Shown here piece after piece: positions 9,469 through 19,704 of a stretch of DNA of 64,000 nucleotides (within the stretch, counting starts at the first letter, position 1; every line of letters begins with the position of its first letter). The notes beneath the pieces are model-generated. The model made no database searches and was not told the DNA's origin. It saw nothing but the letters and a program-made list of their open reading frames with translations. Position numbers and translations under genes: made by a program. Source of the DNA: an uncultured bacterium (GTDB lineage Bacteria > Omnitrophota > Gorgyraeia > Duberdicusellales > CBEUCJ01); assembly GCA_965541615.1 (NCBI GenBank), contig CBEUCJ010000001.1:259754-323753 (forward strand), written 5' to 3'.

Positions 9469-10422
9469 ATGAAAAAATTATTAATATTAATAGTTATAGG
9501 AGGAGTAAGTTTTTTTTCTTTTGCCAAAGAAAAGTTTTCAAAAGCATTAACTAATTATATGATGGGGTTACTTTGTGAGAAACAAAATTCTTTAAATGAG
9601 GCAGAGGTGTATTTTAAAAAAGCCAAAAAATTAGATCCAGATTCAGAATCTGTGTGTTTGAATTTAGCTAAGGTGTACTTATTGAAAGGAGAGTTTAAAA
9701 AGGCTGAGAAAGAATTAAAGTTAATCAAAAAGAAATTTCCTTCTAATTTAGAAGCAAAGTTTCTGTTAGTCTTACTTTACATTAAACAGAATAAAAAAGA
9801 AGCTGCAGAATCAGAATATGAAGAATTATTAGAAAATATCCATCATTTAAGACCTGAAGAAGTAGAGATCTGTTTGAGTTTAGCTAATGTTTATTTAGAT
9901 AAAAAAAATTATAAAGAAGCTGAAAATGTTTTAAAAGAAACTTTAAAGAAGAATCCTGATAATGAAGATTTGCTTTATTTTTTAGGTTATGTTTACTATG
10001 AAGAAGGCAAAGTAAACAAAGCTATAGCTATTTGGAAAAAAGTATTAAAAATAAATCCTAACCATTCTGATTCTTTAAATTCTTTAGGGTATACTTATGC
10101 AGAACAAGGTATAAATTTAAAAGAGGCTTTAGTGCTCATTAAAAAGGCTTTGAAACTTTCTCCTAAGAATGGAGCTTACTTAGATAGTTTGGGATGGGTT
10201 TATTTTAAAAAGAAGGAATATCAAAAGGCTTTGAAATATTTAAAAAAAGCTATTAAGTATTTAGAGGATCCTGTAATATATGAACATTTAGGAGATGTTT
10301 ATTTTGAGTTAAAAGATTATAAAAAAGCTGAATTTTTTTGGAAAAAATCTTTAGAGTTAAAGGAGACTGAGATAGTTAAAGAAAAGATTAAAAAAATAAA
10401 ATGTATCTTAAAGAAGAGATAG
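9469..10422 (+). CDS. Exported tetratricopeptide-repeat protein
   Basis: Signal peptide; multiple TPRs incl. LNSLGY, YLDSLGWVY, EHLGDVY. Confidence 0.88.
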   Translation: MKKLLILIVIGGVSFFSFAKEKFSKALTNYMMGLLCEKQNSLNEAEVYFKKAKKLDPDSESVCLNLAKVYLLKGEFKKAEKELKLIKKKFPSNLEAKFLLVLLYIKQNKKEAAESEYEELLENIHHLRPEEVEICLSLANVYLDKKNYKEAENVLKETLKKNPDNEDLLYFLGYVYYEEGKVNKAIAIWKKVLKINPNHSDSLNSLGYTYAEQGINLKEALVLIKKALKLSPKNGAYLDSLGWVYFKKKEYQKALKYLKKAIKYLEDPVIYEHLGDVYFELKDYKKAEFFWKKSLELKETEIVKEKIKKIKCILKKR

Positions 10423-11225
10423 AAGAATTAAAAGAAAAAGCACGTCAAATTAGAGTTTTGATTATAAAGATGCTCGCTAAAGCCAAATCTGGACACCCTG
10501 GAGGTTCTTTATCTATTGCAGATATTATGGCATGTTTGTATTTCAAAATTTTAAGACACGATCCTAAAAGACCTGATTGGGAAGAAAGAGATAGAGTCCA
10601 TGTTTCAAAAGGACACTGTTGTCCTGCATGGTATGCAGCATTAGCTTTAAGTGGATACTTTCCTATAGAAGAACTCTGGAGTTTAAGAAGATTAGGTTCA
10701 ATTTTACAAGGACACCCTGATAGGCGCACTCCTGGAGTAGAGGTTGCTTCAGGTTCTTTGGGGCAAGGATTATCAGTAGGATTAGGAATGGCTTTAGGAG
10801 TAAGGTTAGATAAAAAAGATTGTAAGGTCTATGTGATATTAGGAGATGGAGAAATTCAAGAAGGAAACATATGGGAAGCTGCTATGGCAGCAGCTCACTA
10901 TAAAGTAGACAATTTATATGCTATTTTAGATTACAATAGATTCCAAATAGATGGAAAGGTAGAAGAAGTAATGAACATAGAGCCTATAGTAGACAAATGG
11001 AAAGCATTTGGCTGGAATGTAACTGAATGTGATGGACATAATATAGAAGACATTTTAAGAGCTTTTTCACAAGCAAGTTCTACGAAAGGAAAACCTACTT
11101 GTATTATCGCTCATACTATAAAAGGGAAAGGGGTCTCTTTTATGGAGAATGTAGTAGATTTCCATGGGAGAGCCCCTACAGAAGAAGAAGCCGAACGTGC
11201 TTTAAAAGAATTAGGAGATTTATAA
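10401..11225 (+). CDS. Transketolase N-terminal subunit
   Basis: SGHPGGSLS, SKGH, GSLGQG, GDGE TPP motif. Confidence 0.93.
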   Translation: MYLKEEIEELKEKARQIRVLIIKMLAKAKSGHPGGSLSIADIMACLYFKILRHDPKRPDWEERDRVHVSKGHCCPAWYAALALSGYFPIEELWSLRRLGSILQGHPDRRTPGVEVASGSLGQGLSVGLGMALGVRLDKKDCKVYVILGDGEIQEGNIWEAAMAAAHYKVDNLYAILDYNRFQIDGKVEEVMNIEPIVDKWKAFGWNVTECDGHNIEDILRAFSQASSTKGKPTCIIAHTIKGKGVSFMENVVDFHGRAPTEEEAERALKELGDL

Positions 11226-11226
11226 A

Positions 11227-12162
11227 ATGTCTGAATTAATTTATGCAAGAGATGTTTATGGTAAAACTTTGGTAGAGTTAGGCAAAAAAGATAAAAGAAT
11301 AGTAGTCTTAGATGCAGATTTATCTCAATCTACACGGACCCAATACTTTGCTAAAGAATTTCCAGAAAGATTTTTTAATGTAGGAGTAGCTGAACAAAAT
11401 TTGATGGGAATAGCTGCAGGGTTAGCTTCTTGTGGAAAGATAGTTTTTGCTTCGACTTTTGCTATGTTTGCTACTTGTAGGGCTTTTGATCAAATAAGAA
11501 ATACAATTTGTTATAACGGTTTTAATGTTAAAATTGTAGCTTCTCATGGAGGGATAACTGTAGGACCAGATGGAGCTTCTCACCAGGCTATAGAAGATAT
11601 AGCTTTGATGAGATCTATTCCTGGAATGAATATTATTGTGCCATGTGATGGTCCTGAAACTGAGAAAGCAATAATAGCTGCTTATCAGAATATAGGTCCT
11701 TTTTACATTAGATTAGGCAGACCTAAGGTTCCTACCGTTGAAGGAAAAAAAGAGTTTGTATTTGGAAAGGGCTATATTTTAAAAGAAGGAAAAGATGTAA
11801 CATTAATATCGACAGGCTTTATGGTATACCAAGCTTTAAAAGCATCTGAGATTTTAAAAAATAAAGGAATCTCTGCAAAAGTAGTTAACATTCATACTAT
11901 AAAGCCTATAGATAAAGATTTAATCTTAGAATGTGCTCAAACTACTAAAGGAATAGTTACCTGTGAAGAGCATTCAGTAATTGGAGGTTTGGGATCAGCT
12001 GTATGTGAGGTTTTATCAGAAGCCAAAGTCTTTGTTCCTTTAAAAAGGATAGGCGTTCAAGATAGGTTTGGTCAATCTGGTTCTCCAGAAGAGCTTTTAA
12101 AAGAGTATAAATTAACACCTTCAGATATAGCTGAAGCTGCAATTTCACTCCTTAAAAGATGA
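11227..12162 (+). CDS. Transketolase C-terminal subunit
   Basis: GVAEQN, GPDGASHQ, EEHSVIGGLGS. Confidence 0.93.
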   Translation: MSELIYARDVYGKTLVELGKKDKRIVVLDADLSQSTRTQYFAKEFPERFFNVGVAEQNLMGIAAGLASCGKIVFASTFAMFATCRAFDQIRNTICYNGFNVKIVASHGGITVGPDGASHQAIEDIALMRSIPGMNIIVPCDGPETEKAIIAAYQNIGPFYIRLGRPKVPTVEGKKEFVFGKGYILKEGKDVTLISTGFMVYQALKASEILKNKGISAKVVNIHTIKPIDKDLILECAQTTKGIVTCEEHSVIGGLGSAVCEVLSEAKVFVPLKRIGVQDRFGQSGSPEELLKEYKLTPSDIAEAAISLLKR

Positions 12163-12169
12163 GTTTTAA

Positions 12170-13015
12170 ATGTTTTTTAAGATTTTTTCTCCAGCCAAAC
12201 TCAATCTTTATTTAAATGTTATAGGTAAGTACCCTGATTCATACCACAAAATTGAATCGGTCTTTTGCAGAATAGATTTTTCAGATACCATTTATATAAA
12301 AGAAATAAAAAAAGGTTTAAAAGTAAAGACACTTAACTATAGGATTTCACAAAAAAATAACTTGGTATTCAAAATCTGTAAGGCTTTAAAAGAAAGATTT
12401 AAAATAAAAAAAGGTTTAGAGATCGTAATCGATAAGAAAATTCCTTTAAAATCAGGTTTAGGAGGAGCAGCTTCTGATGCAGCTAGTGTTCTTTTATTTT
12501 TGAATAAATTTTGGAGATTAAATTTAAAGATTCAAGAATTAGTAGATTTTTCAAAAAAATTTGGTAAAGATATTCCGTTTTTTTTATATGAAAAAAGTTA
12601 TGCTTTAGTAGAAGGGAAAGGAGAAAAGGTTACACCTTTAGAAATAAATAAAAAATATAAATTTTTATTAGCTCTTTCAAAAAAGGGTTTAAGTACTCAA
12701 AAAGTCTTCTCTCAATGTGAAAATCTATGGTTGACAAAAGATTTACCTGATATTAATATCTTTATTTATCTTTTAAAAGAAGGTATAATAAATTTACTAA
12801 AAGATTATTATTTTAACTCATTGGAAAGAATAGCTCAGACTTTAAAGCCTGATATTTTAAAAATGAAAGATTACTTTTTGAAAAAAGGTTTTGAATTTGT
12901 AGGGATGTCAGGTTCAGGACCTAGCTTATTTTGTATCATAAACTCTACTAAACAAAAGCATTTTTGTTTTAAAAGTTTTAAAGATTGGTTTTTTGTAGAA
13001 GCTCAAGTTTTTTAA
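12170..13015 (+). CDS. ispE: 4-diphosphocytidyl-2C-methyl-D-erythritol kinase
   Basis: PAKLNLYL, IPLKSGLGGAASDAA, MSGSGP; position before spoVG-glmU-prs. Confidence 0.92.
   Translation: MFFKIFSPAKLNLYLNVIGKYPDSYHKIESVFCRIDFSDTIYIKEIKKGLKVKTLNYRISQKNNLVFKICKALKERFKIKKGLEIVIDKKIPLKSGLGGAASDAASVLLFLNKFWRLNLKIQELVDFSKKFGKDIPFFLYEKSYALVEGKGEKVTPLEINKKYKFLLALSKKGLSTQKVFSQCENLWLTKDLPDINIFIYLLKEGIINLLKDYYFNSLERIAQTLKPDILKMKDYFLKKGFEFVGMSGSGPSLFCIINSTKQKHFCFKSFKDWFFVEAQVF
12731..12759 (+). promoter_or_regulatory. Possible internal promoter in ispE for spoVG-tRNA-Gln-glmU-prs
   Basis: TTGACA-N17-TAATAT inside the coding sequence. Confidence 0.4.
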
Positions 13016-13030
13016 AAGGGGGGATTACTT

Positions 13031-13492
13031 ATGGAGGTTACAGAGGTAAGGATTCAACTTAGGGAATCACCAAACAAAAAATTGAAAGCTTATGCAACTG
13101 TTACTTTTGATAATCAATTTGTAGTCAGGTTTATTAAAGTTATTCAAGGAGCAAATGGTTTATTTATTGCTATGCCTGCTAGAAGGCAGAGAATATTTTG
13201 TCCCAAGTGTGGAAGAAAAGTAGATATTAGAGCAAGATTTTGCAACTGGTGTGGTATACAGTTGCCACCTCCTCCTAAGGATTTTTTACAGCGTCAACAG
13301 GAGCATCAAGATATAGCTCATCCTATTAATCAGAATTTTAGAGATTATCTACAAAAGAAAGTTTTAGAAGCTTATGAAGAGGAGATAAAAAAGGTTGAAG
13401 GAAAAAAGAAAGAAGAAAGAAAGGATACTACTCAAAATATTCAGGAGAACGCATTAAATTCAGAGTTGGACCTTCCAAACTTAGATATATAA
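13031..13492 (+). CDS. spoVG: SpoVG-family nucleic-acid-binding protein with Zn-ribbon insertion
   Basis: MEVTEVRI, LKAYATVTFD, FIAMP, DIAHPIN; inserted CPKC...CNWC. Confidence 0.88.
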   Translation: MEVTEVRIQLRESPNKKLKAYATVTFDNQFVVRFIKVIQGANGLFIAMPARRQRIFCPKCGRKVDIRARFCNWCGIQLPPPPKDFLQRQQEHQDIAHPINQNFRDYLQKKVLEAYEEEIKKVEGKKKEERKDTTQNIQENALNSELDLPNLDI

Positions 13493-13495
13493 TTT

Positions 13496-13567
13496 TGCCC
13501 GGTGGTGTAACTGGTAGCACACGGGATTTTGGGTCCCAGAGTCCTGGTTCGAATCCAGGCCGGGCAG
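13496..13567 (+). tRNA. tRNA-Gln (TTG)
   Basis: Acceptor TGCCCGG/CCGGGCA, anticodon loop TT-TTG-GG, T-arm CCTGG-TTCGAAT-CCAGG. Confidence 0.92.
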
Positions 13568-13588
13568 TTTTTTAATTTTTATAAAAAG

Positions 13589-14839
13589 ATGGAAGATTTT
13601 CAGGTTTTAATTCTGGCAGCTGGAAAAGGAAAAAGGATGAAATCAAAGTTGCCTAAAGTTTTGCATAAGATCTGTGGCAAAGAGATGATAAATATTTTAA
13701 TAGATAAAGTTAAAAAAGCAGGTTTTAAAGAAATAGTTTGTGTATTAGGTTTTAAAAATGAAGAGGTAAAAAAAGTCTTAGATAAAAATATAAAAATCGT
13801 TATTCAAAATCCACAAGAAGGCACTGCCCATGCAGTCTTACAGAGTTTACCCTTTTTAAAAAAGCAGCATATTTTAATTTTATATGGTGATCATCCTTTA
13901 ATAAAAAAAGAGACTTTAAAAAAGATAGCTCAATTTCATAAGAGGACAGATGCAGATTTGACGTTGCTGATCACAGAGTTAGAGTCACCTAATCAATATG
14001 GAAGGATAATAAGAGATTGTGAAGGTAGAATAAGAAAGATAAAAGAATTTTTAGATTTAAGAGGAAGTGAAAGAAAAATAAAAGAGACTAATCCCGGAGT
14101 AATGTGTTTTAAAAAAGAAGTTTTAGAAGATAACATAAAAAAAATAAAGAGAAACAAGAAAAAAGGTGAGTTTTATTTAACAGAAATTGTAGAAATTTTA
14201 TATTTAAAAAGAGCAAAGATAAGAGAGGTAAAATCTATTTATCCAGAAGAAGAAGGTTTAGGTGTCAATACATTTCAGGATTTAATAAGAGCTGAAAAGA
14301 TTTTAAGAAGAGAAATTCTAGAAAGTTTTTTGAAAAAAGGAGTAAAAATTTTTTCGCCAGAGTTAACTTTGATAGATCTAGACGTAAAGATAGGAAGAGA
14401 TACAGTTATTTACCCCTTTACAGTTATAGAGAGAAATGTTAAAATTGGCAAAAATTGCATAATAGGACCCTTCTCGCATATAAGAGAAGGTACCATTATA
14501 AAAGATAATACAGAAGTTGGGAATTTTGCAGAGTTAAAAAATACTTTTGTAGATTCCTTTACGAAAATAAAACACTTTTGCTATTTAGGGGATTCTCAAA
14601 TAGGCAAAAAAGTAAATATTGGAGCAGGGACTGTTACAGCTAACTTTGATGGAATAAAAAAACACAAGACTACAATAGGAGATGGAGCTTTTATAGGTTG
14701 TGATACTATACTAATAGCTCCTGTGAAAGTAGGAAAAAATGCAAAGACAGGAGCAGGCACAGTTATTCCTAAAAATAAAGATGTAGAACCAAATAGTGTA
14801 GTAATTGGGGTTCCTGCAAAAAAATTAATAAAAAAATGA
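13589..14839 (+). CDS. glmU: Bifunctional UDP-GlcNAc pyrophosphorylase/GlcN-1-P acetyltransferase
   Basis: LAAGKGKRMKS.LPKVLH, hexapeptide repeats; start moved to ATG 13589 because the ORF-track start overlaps the tRNA. Confidence 0.93.
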   Translation: MEDFQVLILAAGKGKRMKSKLPKVLHKICGKEMINILIDKVKKAGFKEIVCVLGFKNEEVKKVLDKNIKIVIQNPQEGTAHAVLQSLPFLKKQHILILYGDHPLIKKETLKKIAQFHKRTDADLTLLITELESPNQYGRIIRDCEGRIRKIKEFLDLRGSERKIKETNPGVMCFKKEVLEDNIKKIKRNKKKGEFYLTEIVEILYLKRAKIREVKSIYPEEEGLGVNTFQDLIRAEKILRREILESFLKKGVKIFSPELTLIDLDVKIGRDTVIYPFTVIERNVKIGKNCIIGPFSHIREGTIIKDNTEVGNFAELKNTFVDSFTKIKHFCYLGDSQIGKKVNIGAGTVTANFDGIKKHKTTIGDGAFIGCDTILIAPVKVGKNAKTGAGTVIPKNKDVEPNSVVIGVPAKKLIKK

Positions 14840-15783
14840 ATGATCTAAAAATATTTACAGGTAATGCACATAAAGAATTAGCTAAAAAGATTTCTAAACA
14901 TTTAGGTAAAGAGATATCTAAAGCAAGTGTTTATAGATTTCCTGATGGAGAGATCGGAGTAAAAATAGAAGAGAATGTAAGGGGTAAAGATGTGTTTTTA
15001 ATTCAACCTACATGTGATCCAGTAAATGAGAATCTTATGGAATTATTAATTATGTTAGATGCTTTAAGAAGAGCTTCAGCAAAAAGGATTACAGCTGTAA
15101 TCCCTTACTTTGGATATGCAAGACAAGATAGGAAAGATCAACCTCGAGTTCCTATTACAGCCAAATTAGTAGCAAATCTAATTACAACCGCAGGTGCAAA
15201 TAGAGTCCTTACCTTAGATCTTCATGCAGGTCAACTACAAGGTTTTTTTGATATTCCTTTAGATCATCTTTATGCTATAAATGATTTCATTGAATTTATA
15301 AAAAAATTGAAATTAAGAAATATTGTGATAGTCAGTCCAGATGTAGGAGGAGTAAAGTTAGCCAGAAACTATGCTAAGATTTTAAACTGTGGATTTGCAG
15401 TTATCGATAAAAGAAGAGATTCTCCTTCTTCTACAGAGGTTATAAATATTTTAGGTGAAGTTAAGAACAAGAATGTAGTAATAGTAGATGATCTAATAGC
15501 AACAGGGAGTTCTTTGATAAAAGCTTCTGAGGCATTAAAAGAGAAAGGAGCAAAGAAAATAATAGCTTGTATTACTCATGGAGTTTTGTGTGGTAAAGCT
15601 ATAGAAAATATTAAAAATAGCTGTATAGATCTTTTGGCTATAACAGACAGTATTCCTTTACCAAAAGAAAAGCAAATAGATAAAATTAAAGTGGTCTCAA
15701 TATCTAAACTATTAGCAGAAGCTATTAAAAGAATACACAAAGAAGAATCTATCAGTATCCTTTTTAAAGGAATAAGGAGTTGA
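14836..15783 (+). CDS. prs: Ribose-phosphate pyrophosphokinase
   Basis: FPDGE, YARQDRK, DLHAGQ, VSPDVGG, VDDLIATG. Confidence 0.97.
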   Translation: MNDLKIFTGNAHKELAKKISKHLGKEISKASVYRFPDGEIGVKIEENVRGKDVFLIQPTCDPVNENLMELLIMLDALRRASAKRITAVIPYFGYARQDRKDQPRVPITAKLVANLITTAGANRVLTLDLHAGQLQGFFDIPLDHLYAINDFIEFIKKLKLRNIVIVSPDVGGVKLARNYAKILNCGFAVIDKRRDSPSSTEVINILGEVKNKNVVIVDDLIATGSSLIKASEALKEKGAKKIIACITHGVLCGKAIENIKNSCIDLLAITDSIPLPKEKQIDKIKVVSISKLLAEAIKRIHKEESISILFKGIRS

Positions 15784-15787
15784 AACT

Positions 15788-16438
15788 ATGCAAAAGTACA
15801 GTTTAAAATGTGAAAGAAGAGAAAAGTCAGGCTCTGCTGAGTCAAGAAGGTTAAGGAGAGCAGGTTTTATCCCCTGTATACTTTATTCTAAAGATTTAAA
15901 TATCCCTATTAAAGTAAGAAGAGAAGATATTTTAAAGCTTGCTCATACCCATGGATTAGAGAATATAATCATTGAACTCAGTTTGAAAGATGAAGAAAAA
16001 AGTTATCCAGCATTAGTAAAAGAAGTCCAATATCATCCTGTTTCAGATGATATTATTCATATAGATTTTTTTAAGATCTCTATGGAAGAAAAAATAGTGA
16101 CTAAAGTTCCTATAGAATTAAAAGGAGAAGCTGTAGGAGTTAAAAAAGGAGGAGTTTTAGAATTTTTATTAAGAGAATTGGAGATAGAATGTTTAGTGAA
16201 AGATTTACCTGAGAAAATAGAAGTAGATATTTCAGATTTAGATATAGCTGATTCTATTCATGTAGGTGATCTGAAATTACCTGAAAATTTAAAAGTCTTA
16301 AATGAGGAAGAAGAAGTTATAGTAACTTGTGCAGCTCCTGAAGAGATGCCTGTAGAAGAAGAGGTTGCTCCTGAAGCAGAATCAGAACCTGAAGTAATAA
16401 AAGAGAAAAAGAAAGAAGAGGAAGAGGAGACAAAATGA
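15788..16438 (+). CDS. rplY: 50S ribosomal protein L25/Ctc
   Basis: SRRLRRAGFIP, VQYHPV, HIDF, GVKKGG. Confidence 0.95.
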   Translation: MQKYSLKCERREKSGSAESRRLRRAGFIPCILYSKDLNIPIKVRREDILKLAHTHGLENIIIELSLKDEEKSYPALVKEVQYHPVSDDIIHIDFFKISMEEKIVTKVPIELKGEAVGVKKGGVLEFLLRELEIECLVKDLPEKIEVDISDLDIADSIHVGDLKLPENLKVLNEEEEVIVTCAAPEEMPVEEEVAPEAESEPEVIKEKKKEEEEETK

Positions 16439-16992
16439 AACTATTAGCAGGTTTAGGTAATTATTCAAAAAAATATGAATTTTCTAGACATAATTTAGGA
16501 TTTTTGTGTATTGATTTTATAATAAAAAATTTAAATTTGAAGTATAAGAATAGTTTCAGATTAAAAAGTAAGATAGCTTTATACAAAGATATGGTTATCT
16601 GTAAACCTAAGAGTTTTATGAATGTTACAGGTACGGTTATAAAAAAAGTAATAGATTTTTATAAAATAGAGCTATGTGATTTTTTAGTAATTTTAGATGA
16701 TTTAAATCTTGAATTTAAAAGAGTAAAGTTTAAAATAAAAGGTTCTTCAGGAGGGCATAAAGGATTAGAATCTTTAATAAAAGCATTAAAAAGTATGGAT
16801 TTTGCAAGAATAAGAATAGGTATAGGCAGACCTTCTGATTCCAGAGAATTTAAAGATTATGTTTTAAGTAATTTTACACAAAAAGAGTTAGAGGAGTTAA
16901 ATAAAGAAGTATTTCCAAAAATATTAGAAGGTGTTTTAATCTGGAGAAAAGAAGGTCTGTTAAAAGCTCAAAGTTTTATAAACAGTAATTGA
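16435..16992 (+). CDS. pth: Peptidyl-tRNA hydrolase
   Basis: GLGN, RHNLGF, KPKSFMN, GSSGGHKG, RIRIGIGRP. Confidence 0.93.
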   Translation: MKLLAGLGNYSKKYEFSRHNLGFLCIDFIIKNLNLKYKNSFRLKSKIALYKDMVICKPKSFMNVTGTVIKKVIDFYKIELCDFLVILDDLNLEFKRVKFKIKGSSGGHKGLESLIKALKSMDFARIRIGIGRPSDSREFKDYVLSNFTQKELEELNKEVFPKILEGVLIWRKEGLLKAQSFINSN

Positions 16993-16993
16993 G

Positions 16994-17305
16994 ATGCGTA
17001 AATACGAAGCAATGTTCATTTTAAGACCTGATCTCTCAAAGGAAAAATTTTCAGAACTTACAAAAAAGATCCATGATTTAATAACAAAGCATGAAGGAAA
17101 AGTAATCTCTTCTCAGGTTTGGTCTGAAAATAGGAAACTTGTATATCCTATTAGAAGCAGAGGAGCAACCAAGCAAAAGTTTGACCATGGGACTTATTAT
17201 CTTATGTACTTTATGCTCTCTCCACAAAAACTATCTGATTTAAAGTTTGATTTGAATTTAACTGAAGAGATATTGAGATGGTTAATAATTAGAAGAAGTG
17301 AATAA
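16994..17305 (+). CDS. rpsF: 30S ribosomal protein S6
   Basis: MRKYEAMFILRPDL, RKLVYPI; rpsF-ssb-rpsR order. Confidence 0.93.
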   Translation: MRKYEAMFILRPDLSKEKFSELTKKIHDLITKHEGKVISSQVWSENRKLVYPIRSRGATKQKFDHGTYYLMYFMLSPQKLSDLKFDLNLTEEILRWLIIRRSE

Positions 17306-17669
17306 AGTATTTTTGACAGGAAATTTAACCAAAGATCCTGATTTAAGATATACTCCTCAAGGGATAGCAGTCACTACTTTGAGGATAGCTGTGAATTCTG
17401 GTTCAGACAAAAAAGAGACACTTTTTATAAATATCATATGCTGGGATAAGTTAGCTGAACTCTGTAATCAATATTTAGAAAAAGGAAGAAAGATCTTAGT
17501 CGAAGGAAAACTCCAACACAGAATTTGGCAAGACCAAGAAGGTAAAAAAAGAGAAGTCTTTGAGATAAGAGCAGATAGAATTGAATTTCTAGATAAAAGT
17601 CCCTATAAGAGTGAGGAGATAGACTTAGGTCCTTTATCAGAAGATTCTGATGAGATAGAAGGAGGTTAA
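17298..17669 (+). CDS. ssb: Single-stranded DNA-binding protein
   Basis: NKVFLTGNLTKDPDLRYTP, KGRKILVEGKL. Confidence 0.93.
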   Translation: MNKVFLTGNLTKDPDLRYTPQGIAVTTLRIAVNSGSDKKETLFINIICWDKLAELCNQYLEKGRKILVEGKLQHRIWQDQEGKKREVFEIRADRIEFLDKSPYKSEEIDLGPLSEDSDEIEGG

Positions 17670-17672
17670 TCT

Positions 17673-17912
17673 ATGAGTAAGAAAAAGAAGAAAAAATCAG
17701 GTTCTAAAGTTAAAAAAGTATGTAGATTCTGTATAGAGAAAAAGGAAGATATTGATTACAAAGAGGTAGAGCTCTTATCAAGATTTTTGAGTGATAAAGG
17801 TAAGATTCTTTCTAGAAGAGCAAGTGGAAATTGTGCTAAACATCAAAGGAAGTTAGCTTTAGCTATAAAAAGAGCAAGATTTTTGAGCCTTTTACCTTAC
17901 GTTAAAGTATGA
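17673..17912 (+). CDS. rpsR: 30S ribosomal protein S18 (Zn-binding form)
   Basis: [27 protein letters not shown]. Confidence 0.95.
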   Translation: MSKKKKKKSGSKVKKVCRFCIEKKEDIDYKEVELLSRFLSDKGKILSRRASGNCAKHQRKLALAIKRARFLSLLPYVKV

Positions 17913-18361
17913 AATTAAAAAAGATAATTCTTTTAAAAGATATTGAGAGATTAGGTAGAAAAGGACAAGTAATAGATGTAAAGAGAGGGTATGCGGTAAA
18001 TTTTTTAATTCCAAAAAAGTTAGCTGTAGAATTCTCTCCTCAAAATTTAAAGAAGATAGAAGAAGAAGAAAAAAGAAAGAAAAAGAAAGAAGAAAGATTA
18101 TTAAAAGAAGCTCAAGATTTGGCTAAAAAAATAGAGACAATCTCACTTACTATATGTGCAAAAACAAAAGACGATGAAAATCTTTATGGAAGTATAACAG
18201 AACTTCAAATTTTAGAGAGTTTAAAATCTGAAGGAATAGAATTAAAAAAAGAAAATATAATTTTAGAAGAGCCTATAAGAAAGATAGGTGTTTATGATGT
18301 TAAAGTAAAACTTCATCCAGAAGTTCAGACTACTATAAAAGTTTGGGTAGTTAAAAAATGA
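17909..18361 (+). CDS. rplI: 50S ribosomal protein L9
   Basis: [32 protein letters not shown]. Confidence 0.95.
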   Translation: MKLKKIILLKDIERLGRKGQVIDVKRGYAVNFLIPKKLAVEFSPQNLKKIEEEEKRKKKKEERLLKEAQDLAKKIETISLTICAKTKDDENLYGSITELQILESLKSEGIELKKENIILEEPIRKIGVYDVKVKLHPEVQTTIKVWVVKK

Positions 18362-19704
18362 CAGAAGTTCAGAATGCACGATCTCTTGAAAAGATACCTC
18401 CTCAAAGTATAGAAGCTGAGCAAGCTGTATTAGGTTCTATGCTTATAGATGAAACTTGTATCCCTGAAGTTTTAGAGGTTATAGATGCAGATTGTTTCTA
18501 TAAAGAAGAACATAGAAAAATATTCAAAATTGTTTTAGATCTTTTTAATCAAAGACGTTCAATAGACTTACTTACACTAACAGAAGAATTAAAAAAAGTA
18601 GGTTTATTAGAAGAAGTAGGAGGTTTACCTTACTTGACTTTTCTTTCAGAAGTAGTTCCAACTTCAGCAAATGCAAAGTATTATGCAAGGATAGTAAAAG
18701 AAAAGTATATCTTGAGATCACTCATTCAAACAGCTACCAAAATTGTGCAGAGATGTTATGAGTATAATCAAGATATAGATGAACTCTTAGATAAAGTAGA
18801 AAAGATGATTTTTGATATCTGTGAAAAGAGAATAGAAAGTACCTCTTCTCATATAAAAGAAATAGTTAAAGAGAACATTGAGTTGATAGATAAACTTTAT
18901 CAGAGAAAATCACATGTTACAGGGATTCCTACTGGTTTTATAGATTTTGATATTAAAACAGCAGGTCTCCAACCAGGAGATTTTATAGTGGTAGCAGGCA
19001 GACCTTCTATGGGTAAAAGTTCATTTGTGTTAAACATAGCTGAATATGTGAGTTGTGAAGAAAATCAACCAGTAGTTATATTCAGTTTAGAGATGTCTAA
19101 ACACCAACTCGTTCAAAGATTGTTATGTAGTTTAGCAGGAGTAGATGCTCATAAATTAAGAACAGGGAATTTGAATCCTCAAGATTGGCCTCGTCTTACA
19201 CAAGCAGCTTCTAAGTTAAGTGAAGCTCCTCTTTATGTAGATGATACCCCTACCCTTAACATATTCGAACTCAGAGCTAAAGCGAGGAGATTAAAAGCTA
19301 ACTATGATATAAAGTTAATAATTGTAGATTATTTGCAATTAATAAAAAGTGCTCAGAGAACAGAAAGTAGACAACAAGAGATCTCTGAGATCTCAAGAGG
19401 TTTAAAAGCTTTAGCTAAAGAGTTAAATACTCCAGTAATAGCTGTAAGTCAGTTATCTAGACAAGTAGAACAACGTCAAGGTCATAAACCTCAATTATCA
19501 GATCTAAGAGAGTCAGGAGCTATAGAGCAAGATGCAGATTTAGTAGCTTTATTGTTTAGAGAAGAGTATTATAATCCTACCCCTGAAAATAAAGGAATAG
19601 CAGAAGTAATAATTGCCAAACAAAGAAATGGTCCTACAGGTTCAGTTTTTTTAGGATTTATAAAAGAATATATGAAATTCATAAATTTGGCTAAAGTTGA
19701 GTAA
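18358..19704 (+). CDS. dnaB: Replicative DNA helicase
   Basis: PPQSIEAEQAVLG, GRPSMGKS, DYLQL, LRESGAIEQDAD, KQRNGP; no intein. Confidence 0.97.
   Translation: MTEVQNARSLEKIPPQSIEAEQAVLGSMLIDETCIPEVLEVIDADCFYKEEHRKIFKIVLDLFNQRRSIDLLTLTEELKKVGLLEEVGGLPYLTFLSEVVPTSANAKYYARIVKEKYILRSLIQTATKIVQRCYEYNQDIDELLDKVEKMIFDICEKRIESTSSHIKEIVKENIELIDKLYQRKSHVTGIPTGFIDFDIKTAGLQPGDFIVVAGRPSMGKSSFVLNIAEYVSCEENQPVVIFSLEMSKHQLVQRLLCSLAGVDAHKLRTGNLNPQDWPRLTQAASKLSEAPLYVDDTPTLNIFELRAKARRLKANYDIKLIIVDYLQLIKSAQRTESRQQEISEISRGLKALAKELNTPVIAVSQLSRQVEQRQGHKPQLSDLRESGAIEQDADLVALLFREEYYNPTPENKGIAEVIIAKQRNGPTGSVFLGFIKEYMKFINLAKVE

Noticed and set aside
13529-13588. N-terminal extension of glmU in the ORF track
   Set aside because: Overlaps tRNA-Gln; the true start is more likely ATG 13589
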